Of a stretch of 64,000 nt of DNA, positions 1-12,864 are shown one piece after another. Source of the DNA: Sphagnum compactum. Its lineage: Eukaryota. The notes beneath the pieces were generated by a model. The model was not told the DNA's origin, searched no databases, and saw only the letters and a list, made by a program, of their open reading frames with translations. Position 1 is the stretch's first letter. The number at the start of each line of letters is the position of its first letter. The translations under genes were made by a program, and so were the position numbers. The stretch is from assembly GCA_965153455.1 (NCBI GenBank), contig OZ234493.1, forward strand, positions 31,610,213 to 31,674,212, read 5' to 3'.

Positions 1-1354
1 GTCTTTGAGGGTCTCAAAAGAGTTTTTTTTTTTTCAATTGGGAAAGTGAGATATAAATTTCCTTGGACACCCAAAATTGTTTGTTCCCAACATTATTGGT
101 TGTTAGGGTTGCCAAAAGCTCGGATACAAAAATGAGGCAAACCAAAATGCCATGAAATCATAATAATCGGATGCAAAGTAGGCCAATACTTTGGAAAAAA
201 GCTTGGATGGTATGGTTGTTGTGGAATAGGGGTATTTTTTTTCTCTTATTACTATGCCCACCAATCATGTGTATGTATACATTTTGTTTCTACTATGTTC
301 ATCCTCCAAATCAAATTTGAACACATGATTATTTTCACGGTGAGACATCATCAAACCTACCATCCCAATGAAGGTGTGCAACCGTTAATCCTATATATAT
401 ATGGAGCCACTCCTTATGTTTTTTTTGCCTAGCAATTGTTTTTATGGAGGGAATCATCTCTTACATACAAGGAGTGTGAAAAACACAAGTATGCAAAACA
501 AAGGTAGATGGGAAGTGTGCATGGGGGCCAAGGTGCAAGTGACAACAAACAAACAACAATTCATTATTGTATGTGGCAATAGTGCACTCTTGGGCAAGAA
601 ACCAAAAAACAACACACACACACACAACCCCACAACCCCCTCCCCTACCCCGCTAAAAAAAAAGTTAAAAAAAAAAACTTGATGGGTCATGCTTAGCCCT
701 CTCATTGGTTGCATGAAAATCCTACTCTTAAAAGAATTTGTCACCATTTTTCACCTAGGTTAATAGGTACCCCAATTCATGATTGGGCTACCCTAAACCG
801 TAAACCCTAAACCCTTATTCAAAAACCCCACCAAGAAACTTGTGATGAAGATGTGAAGTGGGAAAGTCATGAAGAAAATGTTTTCAATATGACAATGGGA
901 ACTTCACGATCTCCCTAAAAGTCACATGACTCTTGAGGAATTTCAAACATCCACAAGATCCAAAAACTATTTAATTGAAAGAGGGAATAATTATGTTCAA
1001 ATACAAATAATCACAAAGTTGTTGCAATTTTTTTTGAAAGGGTTTAGTTATAAAATTATGGGTTAAATATCATATAAAATTTTTATCGTAATTATATAAC
1101 CCTTAAAGATTAATCATTAGAGATTCACCGACAATTTATAATAGTATATGCATATTATAAAACTATTATTACGCATTAAAAGTTATATTATTTGCATTAT
1201 TTATTATACTTAATGTTGTCAAAATCCCTTTTTTGGGGATGTCCTTGGGACCTTGAGGAGGTCCCTAATAAGATGTACCTGGTAACTTTTAGGTTCAAGA
1301 AGGGAGATATTGTGTTTGGGGGACATCCCTCTAGGGTCAAGGCATGCCTAAGAT

Positions 1355-1835
1355 GACGAGGAATAGCGAGCAATGGCAGACACATGTTGAGATTGATGGA
1401 ACCATGTCAAGGAATGACGGATTGATGACGGGGAATGGCGAGCAATGGCGGACACATGTGGAGAATGATGGAACCATGATGTTGAAGAATGATGGATGGA
1501 TGGATGACGGGGAATGGTGAGCAATGGTGGACACATGTTGAGAATGATGGAACCATGTCAAGGAGTGATGGATCGATGACGAAGAATGGCAAGCAATGGC
1601 GGACACATGTTGAGAATGATGGAACCATGTCAAGGAATGATGGATCGGATTACGGGGAATGGTGAGCAATGGCATACACATTGTTGAGAATGATGGAACC
1701 ATGTTGAGGAATGATGGATCGATGACGGAGAATGGCGAGCAATGGTAGACACATGTTGAGAATGATGGAACCATGTCAAGGAATGATGGATCCATGCCAA
1801 GGAGATGGTGGAAATATGTCGAGCAATGGCAAGAA
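1355..1835. repeat. ~72-bp minisatellite, about 6.5 degenerate copies
   Basis: Core GACACATGTTGAGAATGATGGAACCATGTCAAGGAATGATGGAT recurs at about 1379, 1451, 1530, 1602, 1675 and 1748. Confidence 0.9.
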
Positions 1836-2260
1836 TGCAAAGCAAAGTTGGGGGATGATGGGAGTTCAGAAGGGACGTCAAGGGACGGTGGGGGAATATA
1901 TCTTGTTTTTCCCCAACATGGGCCTCTTGTTCCTCGACATGTGTCTTCACAAACAATGGGTTGAATGGTGAACATGGTTCGCCTATGTATGTTGGCAAGG
2001 TTCAACCATGCTAGGATTGTGGTGTGCTGGGGTCTTTCTTTGCTCTTTCATTGGCATAATATATGTAAGTTCAAACCTAAAATCAAGGCAAAAATTATGT
2101 AACCAAAAATTGAAAATTTTGAGTTGATAAAAAAAAGAATTCAAAAAATCAACTCAAATGGAGGGCCACTAGGGACAAAAAAAACCCTAAACACTAAACT
2201 CTCCTTGCAACTCTAATTATAATTCAGTTATGTTCCTAATTTCATAACCCTTAAAAGATT

Positions 2261-2463
2261 AACCCATAAACCCTAAACCCTAAACCCTTAAAAAAAAATC
2301 CTTGAGGCTTGTCGATATGATATCCTTAAGATTTTGGACACAATTTTGGGTTGCAAAATTTTTTTTAACCCATAAACCCTAAACCCTTAAAAAAAAATCC
2401 TTGAGGCTTGTCGATATGATATCCTTAAGATTTTGGACACAATTTTTTTTGGGTTGCAAAAAA
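2261..2463. repeat. ~105-bp direct tandem duplication with telomere-like AAACCCT units
   Basis: AACCCATAAACCCTAAACCCTT...CTTGAGGCTTGTCGATATGATATCCTTAAGATTTTGGACACAATTTT occurs twice. Confidence 0.85.
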
Positions 2464-4333
2464 TTTAATCTTGATGTAGTGTCAACTTGGAATTCTAGTA
2501 TTTTAATCAAATTTTGATGAAAATAAGCTACAAAGATATACATACATGCATAAAGGAAAAAAGTGTCCCATACAAGGTCCATCTTTTGCAATGTATCCTA
2601 ACTACGAGTTAGTTGGGCTCAAAATGTGTTAAAATACATTTTTGCTCTATTTGTTTCTTGCAAGTTGAGGTTGAGGGGGTTGAAGTGCTACACCAATTAT
2701 GTTGTGCTTAAGAGTTTTTAATACATTGATTTAATTGTGAGAAGGTAAAAAGAGAAGAATACACCCAAAGTTTGTGAAACTAGTACCCATTTAATGCTCT
2801 TATTTTATAAAATTATTGTCATTACCCTAAACCCTAAACCCTAATGACATTACTCAATTCACACCAATGTTGTCTAGTTCTTGATTATTGAAACGAGCCT
2901 TTGATTTTGTGGGTTTTGGAGGTGGGGGTGTTTAGGGTTTTGAGAAAAAAAAATTGAGTTTATAGAACCACTAATTCCAAAAAAATTGGAATTAACCCCA
3001 ATGAGACCGGGGTTTGGTTTCATCAACCTTGCTCAAAATTCTTCACCAATTCGTAGTGTTCTTAATTCTCTTGAAGAGAGAAATGGGATACAAATTGATG
3101 AAAGTATTGAAAATCTTCTCATGAATACAACACAGTGTTGGAGAACAAAAACATAAACTTCACAATAACCACAAAAAAACCCGAAAAAAAAACACACATT
3201 TTCATACCTTTTTAAGAATGGGCTAAACAGATTCCAGTTTGGAACTGTTCAGGGCGACAGTCTACTACAACTTATGAAACCTAAAGTTGTCCTCCCTCAA
3301 CGAGCTCCCATGAAATTGATGAATCTTTGTCCCTGAAAATACTGCCAAAGACTTGAAAATGCACAAAAATGGGTTAGATCGTAACACAAATCATACTCTT
3401 CTTTTAGACAAAAAGTTAAGTGCGTTGATTGACTCGGTGACGACTAGGCTGCTGAGCTTGCTACATACAACAATCCATAGATGTCACTGAGTGTAGACAA
3501 TTTTGAATCCCTTAAGCACCGATCAATTGTTTGTGCCACTTTGCAGGAGCCAAGATTCAAGGGTGTGGTTGCTGGTGACAAATTCCATTAGTGTGGCAGA
3601 GAGATGGGTGACGATGACCCAGGCATCACCGGTTTGCAAGCATTGAGATTCCCAGACCACTTGAGGAGTGATCGAACAAGAGCTGAATTTGACTCTGTAC
3701 AGGAGTAGTGATAATTGAGAGCAAAGTTCATTTTCCTGACAGATCCCCAAACCCCCAAATTCAACTCAAATTCTGAAAGTTCATGCTAGATTCAACCCAA
3801 GCTCTAAAATTGCAGTCCTGTGGAACTCCTTAAATGATGGAACAGAAACTCAAATTTTCTTGACACCAGAGCAAAAGCTTGGATCTAAAGCATTATGCTG
3901 AACCTGATTTCTGAGCTAAAACGCTAAACACTCCCACAAGCAACGGAAGTACATCCTGCATGAGAAACTATAATGGAACATTCTATTGACTCCAATTAGA
4001 GCGGGAAGAGACCAAATTTACAGGAGCAAACAAAGCAAGCATTGAGACTCAACTGGTCAAAGATACTACCTAAAAACTCTCCTCCAAGCTTCCTTATGAC
4101 AGTCTTTGCTGGTGTGTAAAGGAGAGCGAACATCAATCCATCAGCATCCATCCTATAAGCATCCATTTCTGATGTCAGAGAGTTCCTCACAGAAATGGAG
4201 AAAATACTGTCCTTGCATAGCATGAGGAACACTGCTAGAATGAGTGTGCTAAAAGCCGAATCGTTTTTCACCTAAAAGTTGCACAAATCTGTTGAAGACT
4301 TGGTCAATAAACAAACAAAGATCAGCAAACTGG

Positions 4334-5929
4334 CTAATCCCGCTTATCCTCTTCAATGTCATCCTCCAGGCTGAAAACGTCCGTACTCATGGGTTTTCTT
4401 TCCTTGGCATCAGGTTTGGCAACACCAATTTTCTCAGTCTCAATGGCTGTGCTTGTTTTCCCTGCCACTCCTGATGTTAAAGCTACACCCTCCTCATCAA
4501 GATCCTCCTCCCCAATGTCTTCAGAGTATGCATACCGCATTGAGTTTTGTGAAGGTGCCCAGAGGACACAGATGACAATCAAGAGCATAAAGGCAAGCAT
4601 GTACCAGAATGCAGAAATGATCCAGGAGCTTTGCCAGTGCTCACCAAGTGTGGCCTTGAAGTAAAGCTCATAGCCTATCCAAAGCACAGCAATGATGACT
4701 GCCACAGCCAGAGAGTTTGTGAACCTCCTATAAAGTTCCAGCTTTGCAAAGCTCCTCCTTGCCTGTAGCCTCTCCAATGTCTTTGACAGAGAAGTGAAGA
4801 TCCAGAGGATGAAGATTGCATCAAGCATAGCTAAAGGAATCACAAGGAATACTCTTTCTTTTCCTGTAGGGTCATTGATGGTCCCCACATTTTCTACCAC
4901 ATCAAATGACTCTGCTGCCAAGAAATATGCACCTCCCAGTAATAACACCTTTGATGTCAGCCCTCCTAAAGTTGGACGCACAACACCATAGCCCATTGAA
5001 ACTATCAAAATCAGGATCCACGAAACCGTCTTCTTCACTGCACCAAGGGTCACTGCCCACACTGTAATGCCCATCGGCCGCCTACCCATTCGATTGAAGT
5101 TGAGGTACTCAAAGTACCAGACTGCCATCTCAGACATTCCAAGTGCAATCACCATACTGATACAGTTTTGCAGCTGCAAGATATCCTTCCAGTGGCGTAC
5201 ATATTGGAGGAACCAAAGAAAACCAAGCAGAACATATGCAAGTGACATGAATGCATAGAAAGTCATGTAAGGTGCCATTCTACCAGGCAAGTATCCCATC
5301 GGATTCTTCCATATCGTCATCCCATCAATGATAAGACCATCAAGGTCAGGCTCACAGGCAACAAATAAGAGTTCGTACATGCCAGTTTTTGTAATGTTGA
5401 AAACCTCAGACATTTTCATTGTTGTTTCATCTCCATTGAAGTGGACCTTGAAGGATTGTGGCTGGCCTGTTTCATGATCATGGTGGATGATAACCTCACC
5501 GGGACTGCAATCCATTTGTGTAGCCATATCCTTTGTGCAGCAGAGGTTGAAGTTCTCATTGTTTGGCCCCCAACTCCCAAGTTTTTCCTTATCGCCAACC
5601 TCTAAAAGAATAGCTTCCACGATAACATTCCTGTTGTGACTGGCTGCCTGTTCAGTCCTAGTGAATTCGACATTATCAATCTTGACGTACGTTCTGCCAT
5701 CTGCTGTGCCCTGGCCTCTCGTTTTTGTTGCTGAAGAGTAGTAGAGACCCTCCTTGCCACCAAAATAAACATATGTTCTGCTGCTGCTCTCTCTCGTGAA
5801 TTGATTGTGATTATACTCATGTATTGATGCTTCAAGTTGGAGTACTCCAGATACCCACCATAACAGTACCAATGCTGCTGCACACTTCATCCTCCACATT
5901 CCCGTCCACCTCATCCTCATCATCATCAT
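4334..5929 (-). CDS. Lung seven-transmembrane receptor / TMEM87 (GOST family) protein, 531 aa, single coding exon
   Basis: Signal peptide followed by ASIHEY, luminal domain with CCT...C, WKNPMGYLPG motif, 7 hydrophobic helices, SMGYGVVRPTLGG, LWAPSQNSMRYAYS and acidic EEDKRD tail. A probable 5'UTR intron lies at about 5946-6601. Confidence 0.95.
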   Translation of the reverse strand: MMMMRMRWTGMWRMKCAAALVLLWWVSGVLQLEASIHEYNHNQFTRESSSRTYVYFGGKEGLYYSSATKTRGQGTADGRTYVKIDNVEFTRTEQAASHNRNVIVEAILLEVGDKEKLGSWGPNNENFNLCCTKDMATQMDCSPGEVIIHHDHETGQPQSFKVHFNGDETTMKMSEVFNITKTGMYELLFVACEPDLDGLIIDGMTIWKNPMGYLPGRMAPYMTFYAFMSLAYVLLGFLWFLQYVRHWKDILQLQNCISMVIALGMSEMAVWYFEYLNFNRMGRRPMGITVWAVTLGAVKKTVSWILILIVSMGYGVVRPTLGGLTSKVLLLGGAYFLAAESFDVVENVGTINDPTGKERVFLVIPLAMLDAIFILWIFTSLSKTLERLQARRSFAKLELYRRFTNSLAVAVIIAVLWIGYELYFKATLGEHWQSSWIISAFWYMLAFMLLIVICVLWAPSQNSMRYAYSEDIGEEDLDEEGVALTSGVAGKTSTAIETEKIGVAKPDAKERKPMSTDVFSLEDDIEEDKRD

Positions 5930-7903
5930 GGATGATCTCCTTCTGCTAAATCAACACCAAAGGAAACCCTAATATAGAATGGGAAAACCTCAAGTTGACA
6001 ATGATGAGCAGTTTGCTTCTTCCATTGAGAGTTTTGTGAGCATTAATCTCTCCTGAAAAATCACATACACACAAAATCAATCCCTTTTTTCCTTGTAGTG
6101 ATCTTTGTTCGGTGTTGCCAGAATCTTCAACCCCCATATAACTGAGATGCTCCAAAGAGAGAGTTTGTGTCAAAATTCAAGACAGTATCTACCTACAATG
6201 GGAGCTTCTTGATGCGAAACAGAACCTGATGATAAATCGTTTGCACTAAACCCAAGTAACATGTGGACTATCTGACTATAACAGCTTCGAAGATTCCTAC
6301 TCACATCTCAAACATTCAGTCACTGCACAAAACGACAGTCTTCTAACAAACCCTAAGTTGATCACGCTCATCGAGTTCTCATATAGAAGTAGTAGTAGTA
6401 GTAGTAAGGGGGCAAGGAGGGGAAGATCATCAATAAAAGAATGAAAGAAAAAAAATTGAAACCTTTTCTTTCTCCACTCCTGATAAATCGCTACATTTCT
6501 AGACCAAAAAAGATTCTGAGATCTGAAATCCCCTAAAGCCGATGAATTTCGACGATTGTGAAATGAAAGAAAAAAGGAATTGCATCATCTCGTAACATTA
6601 CCTACTTCCTTACTCGTGTTTTTGCAGGTTTTCTAGCCTCTTCGAAGGAGGCTGGCTTTGGATATGGTGGCTACTTCGCTTCTGGAACGGAAAGGAAATT
6701 CGACATCTCTACCATGGCTTAGGGTCTGGAATAAATTTCGACACATCCACTTTGCTTGCCTTTAGAAAAATTCCAATTCTTGAAACAGCAAGAAAAAGCA
6801 CAGTTTAGTCACTATCTTTGCGACTGTATCTGCACCCCCCCCCCCCAGTCAGCGTTGAAGCAGCTGGGATGTCAAGAAAGAATCGAAAGTCCGAAAACGC
6901 AAACGAGGAACACGAACAAAACCAAACAAACAAACGAGAAACAAAACACAGCAGAGAAAAGCCATCGGAGAGTGAAGGAGCTCCAAACCCTAATTCTTTT
7001 ACCGCCCCCGATTTCTTTTACGTTGTGAGATCCATATGCCACCACCACGATCACGTCACCGCCTATCACCGGTCATCAGGAGATCCAAACAAAGCATGAA
7101 ATTATTATTTTTTAAATTTAGAAAACTAAAAATTGATTTTTTATAATTCGATATTTCATAACCCAACTTTTTTTTAAGTGCCCCTCTTTTCTTTTGCCCT
7201 CTTTTTTTTTTTTTTTCTTTCCCCCTCCCTTCATATTTTCTCTTTTAAAAAAAAAAATTCTGATTTTTTTCTGATTTTTTTCGTTTTTGCTTGTTATTTT
7301 TTTCAGCTTTGGTTTTTTTCTTTCAAAGAACATGTGTTTTGTTCTTCTTTCCTTCTATTTTTCAATTTTTCATTTAATTTTTTTAAAAATTCATAAATTT
7401 TTTATAAAAAAAAGAATTTCCATGGAAGATGTGGTCCCTCTCTTTAAACACATTTTCTTTCTCTTTTTTTTCTTTTTCTTTTTCTTTTTCCTGTTGTTAA
7501 TTTTATCTTTTTTGTTTTTTGTTTTTTTTGTTTTTGGCCAAAGTGGGGGTGATCAACTTCCTTTCATATTGTCAATTTAGTATTTTAACAATTGATTTAT
7601 TCTATTTGTGAATCATATTGTCCATTTAGTATTTAAAAAGTTGGTTTGTTCTTTTTGTGAATCGTATTGTCGGATTTAGTATTTTAAAAATTGGTTTGTT
7701 TCTTTTTGTGATTCACATTGTGTCCATTGTGAAGCTTTTGCTTCACATTATGGCAAAAACATTGGTTTACTTATTGAGCTTTGGCTTATCTTTCAAATGT
7801 TTTTCACATATGCTTTGTGTTCGTGAAGTTGCATCTTCATGTGAGCTTGTCTTCATCGTGAAGATTGTCTTTGTATATGTTAGCTCATGGAATGAAGTTG
7901 GAG

Positions 7904-8141
7904 TTGATGGTTAATCTTGATCTTAGAGCATCTCCATCGCACACCTACAAACACCCCTTTTCATTAAATCTTGCAGCACGATAATGTAAATCTTGTTGTG
8001 TTCTTGTATTGATGTCGATTTTGATGGTTAATCTTGATCTTAGAGCATCTTCATCGCACACCTACAAACACCCCTTTTCATTAAATCTTGCAACATGAGA
8101 ATGTAAATCTTGTTGTGCTCTTGTATTGATGTCGATTTTGA
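7904..8141. repeat. 117-bp tandem duplication (2 copies)
   Basis: TTGATGGTTAATCTTGATCTTAGAGCATCT... starts at 7904 and again at 8021. Confidence 0.85.
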
Positions 8142-11100
8142 AGTGATCATTTTAACCCTTTCAAAAAATTCTACTATGGATTTGGATAGTGACTATTGTT
8201 GGTCCAAATGTAAAGACATACGATGGTCTTTGAGTGTTTAAAGGGACTTTCATGATGTTTGGGGTTTAGGGTTTAGTGATCATTAAATACTATTCTAATT
8301 TAACATAAAGGAGTTGTTTACAATTTTGCAGTGGAAATGCTTTTAGTGTGACTTCTTGGTAAATTAGTGACAAAAGTTTTACAAGATTTATATTCATCTG
8401 CTTACAAAATAATGTTTGATAATTGTATTTCGAAATTTGATTGGCATTTAGCACGTTGCAATCGTCATTGATGGTATGCATGTTTCATTATTGTTTTAAC
8501 CATCCAAAAGGATTTTTAAGTGTCCATGGAGATTTTTACACTTATAAATATTTTTTCAATGTGGTTGTGTCGGGTGTTTGCAATGTAAATAAATTGTTTT
8601 TGAATGTATGTGCAAGGTAGCCTAATGGTATTCGCGATGGTGGACATTCAAATATGTCACCAAATTTGTCATTGCACAATCTGATAATGAAAATCGTACA
8701 AAAAATGTTTTTTCATGAACTCATGTTTTTTACAAATAGATGTCATGCATTTAAAACATGTATGATGCACATATAAGTAGGATGAAATATTTTCAATGGT
8801 ACTTATATGTGCGTCATACATGTTTTAAATTCACAACATTTGTGTGCAAAAGACATGAAGTTATAGAATAATAGATTTTGAGCGAATTTTGAACAAATCA
8901 ATGAAGTCGGTAAGTTTGTGATGTATTTTATTTTATACAAACAATTACGAACTTATGAATTTATAGGAATAAGTGGTACATTTGATGTTTGGAGGTTCAA
9001 CAATTCATCTTAAGCAATTCAATCTATCTTATTTAGCCATACTTCATTAAAAAATAACAAAATTCATAACCCTACAATAGTTGAAAAGATGTTTTAATGA
9101 GAATAAGCGAAATTTTGATCAAGGATGCAGTTGGAGCTTTAAAAAATTGATGGTAGATTTTGAAAAGTGTCGTGTGCTACCACATCGACAATAACAAATA
9201 TCACTATCATCACACATACAACACATAACACATAACAACATAAACACCATGTATCATGAAAAGTTATATAAACACAAAAGAAAACCTACAAAACATAAAC
9301 ATATTATGTTTGGGAATCTCAAATCATCAAAGAGGGATTTGAAATCACAAAACTTGGGTTTTATACCCAATGAACAATTTAATTTGAACATGTTCACACT
9401 AGAATTGATTCACACCTAAATTGCACACTAAACTAGATTAGCTTAACTAATTTACATTAAGCATAATTAATCTAAGTTTAATTATATAACTAATCATAAA
9501 CACCTAACAAAAGCATGTTAGTGCATGTGGACAAAACACCACATATCATCATGGCTTGTTGTGTTTTGCACAAGTTTTGTGAGCTACAGGAAATCCTTAA
9601 ATTTATTGTTTGTGATATTAAAAAGTGAGGTGACCAATCAATAGGTTTTGTTCTCAAGAAGGAAAGCAAGCAAAAGTAATGGGTGAATTATTAAAATATC
9701 AAAATATTTGTATCTTGGTTAGAATGTCATTCTACCATTTAACAAACATGAATTTTGAGAGTAAAATGTCAACATTCAAATAAAAAATGTGCATTTTATT
9801 AAAAAAATTGCAAATTTGAAAACATTAAAATATGTTTACACTCATTTTACAATATATCATTTAATTTTTAATCAATTTGAATTTCAACACATTTGCAAAA
9901 TTGTTACCATTTGAAGTTGAATTTGTAAAATATTTGAATCCAACATTTTTCCATCTCCAGTGTTTCAATTTTTATCTCAATTTTGTTGGAAGAATTCACG
10001 GAAAATGCAAAAACTAATGCAAAAAAAAATCTATGCTACTTCTTTTGCACTTCTTGTTTAGTTTCCTTTCAACTTCCATTTTCTTACAAGCAATAATGAA
10101 TAGAGTGTTATGGTCCTTGAAATTTTAAGAATTGGACCATCAAGATTTTGTTGATCACAAGGAGATATAGGAATTTCTTGTGTAACATCTTTATTAATGT
10201 TTAAACGGTTCAAAATAGTTGCACTTATAGTGCAACTTGATTCCCCATGGCCATATGCTCCAAGGCCTTGTTAGCTTTCATTATGATTGCAAAAACGTTA
10301 TGCATTTTTTTGGTACCAAATTCGTTTGTAAGTGCTTGTGTCTATTTCACTTTGTATTTATTGATACGTGTTATATATCTTTTGCATTAATTTGTCAACT
10401 TTATCTCGACATTGTTTGGATGTGCATTTCAAAATCATAGGTCAAAATTTGTCAAACTTGTCGAAAATCTCCACCCAATCACATTTTTGAAAACCTTTTT
10501 TTTTCATTGTTAATCAACTTTCTTTTTAAAGGTTGAGAAGCTAAATGATTAAATTAATTTAAAATTATCTCTTACTAAATGAATTTGCGTTTTCTAAAGT
10601 TTGGAATCAAACGTTCTCGTAAGGAATGACATTTGTGGTTGTAAATATTTGAGCCACAAGTTTAAAATCTTGACTTTCTTGTCTGAGTTTGAGAGTGAAG
10701 CTTTTATTTGTCTTGACTATGGTGATAAACGATGAGAATAAAACGAAAAAAAACATGAAAAATAAATAAAATATGATGAAAACGAGGATTAAAAGAAGTT
10801 AATTGAAAGTTCAAAAGTTAATTAATGTTTAAGAAGTTAATTTGAAATTAAAAAGTTAAAATGTCATTTAAATTTTTTTAATTAAAATATCATTAAATTT
10901 TTTTGAATTTGTTGATTTTTTTTCTTATTTGCTAAATAGGCAACAATTTTTTTTTTAAAAAAAGAAGAGGGGGAGGGGTATGAGGGAAAGGTAACAGATT
11001 AAAAGGGAGGACTTTAGGCAAGGTGAAGGAGTTGGGGGAGGATTTTGGGTAGGGCAAAGGAGGCATAGGAGGAGTGGCAAAGCTTGTTCGCTAGCAAAGG

Positions 11101-11261
11101 CAAAGTAAGATCTCGAGGTTTCTCAATTTGTTGGTGTAAAGGGCATCCATCCACCAACGATTTGCATTGTGGGTGTTGGTGAAGATGAAGGCATATGCCT
11201 TCATGTGCGCAAGCCTTTCTGTTTCTTTATGTTTTATACTTATGCCACCACCATGTTCACT

Positions 11262-11387
11262 TCAATCGTGTATCATTGATCATTCAAAACCTAATTCTTT
11301 CACATCAATCATGTATCATTGATAATTCAAAACCTAATTCTTTCACATCAATCGTGTATCATTGATCATTCAAAACCTAATTCTTTC
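11262..11387. repeat. ~42-bp tandem repeat, 3 copies
   Basis: TCAATCGTGTATCATTGATCATTCAAAACCTAATTCTTT x3. Confidence 0.85.
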
Positions 11388-12864
11388 GGAGCCCAATTTG
11401 ATACAAATTACAACACAACTCAGTAGAAAAAACTCTTAAAAGATTTGTTGATTGTAATGGACAAAAAGCATAATCGAAGAAAGAGGTGTGCGCTAAACCC
11501 TAAACCTTAAACCCTATCAATAAACAAATTGTGTAAGAAAGACATTCCAAGGTAGCTTGCTTGCTTGCTTGCTTGCATGCCATACACAAAGTGAACCAAA
11601 TCAAGCTTGAAAGAAAAAAGTATTATGTACAAAAGTTTCTTTTGGGTTATGTCCCAATGCGACCATGGCCAAAAAAACACACACATGATTGGTGGGGGCT
11701 TTTATGATTGGTGGGGGCTTTGGAACATGATTTGTTTTGATGCTCTGCATCTCTTTCTCTTTTTGATATACTTCTTGTGATGGGTGCGGGGCGCGGGTGC
11801 TTTGGAACATGATTTGTTTTGATGCCTCCATAGCGACCCACTTTGGGTTGTACTCTTTTGGCTTGGAATCGGGTCCTCTCTTTGTTCCTTCTTTTCCTCT
11901 TTCATTGAGTGCTTTGTTTCATGAAGTTTGTCAAGGTTTCATCAATTTTCCCTCCCCCCGTTATATGTAAAGAAGTTTCATATAGTATTTGCTTCCACAT
12001 AGCCTCTTAAGCATCTTACTATTCTATGAAGTCATGATATCCAAGTGTAAGGTTCCCTAAAGCCCGTAAGGTTTGATTGATCCGAGTTTTGTTTAGGGTT
12101 TTCCATTGGTCAAGGTTAGGTCATGAGAGGGGCTTCCATTCTTTGAGGACACTGTTTACTCTTTACTTCCATATAAACTAAAGGGATCCCAACGTATTCA
12201 TGCATAAATAAATATAGACAATGGTGAGAAATTGAACCAATTTGGAACCAATTTCCTTGTGCCAGAACAAAGACAACAATCAGACCAAGCAAAACACATT
12301 TTTATTGTGTAGTCTTAAGTTTTACCGACACCCATCCACAAAAAAAAAAAAAAAACAAAACAAAACAACAACATTTCTGTTATACATAATCATATAACTC
12401 TGCAGATTAGTTCAGTTGTCAAGTATTAAAGCTTTATCCACACCCAACCAAAAATAAACTAAAAAATCCAACATTCAACATACCTGCAGACTTCTTTGAC
12501 AAGCTCAAGTATGAAGTGTTGTTCCATCTTGTTTATAATTAGCAGTGGTTTTTTGTGCTGCAGCTATGGCGCAGAAGATGAGTACTACAGCTTGCATTCC
12601 GCTGCATACTGTCAAAATGTGTACCTTTCGTAGTTGTTTGCAAAACTTCTACATACTTTTGTCAAGTCATAAGTATTACTGGCTACTGAAGAAAAAAACA
12701 GCTCCCTGGAACATAAACCTAAAAGTGCTCAATGAGATCAACAAAGCAAACACTGTCCTCATGAATACTCTCAGTGCACGCCTTACAGTCTTTTCAGTGC
12801 AACAGAAAATTGAGCATGTCCACATTGTGTTACCGTCCAAGGTGTCTGTCTGTTTCAAGGTTGA

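Noticed and set aside
7100-11230. Long AT-rich intergenic block, possibly a decayed transposon
   Set aside because: I could not identify matching termini, a TSD or a convincing transposase frame by eye.
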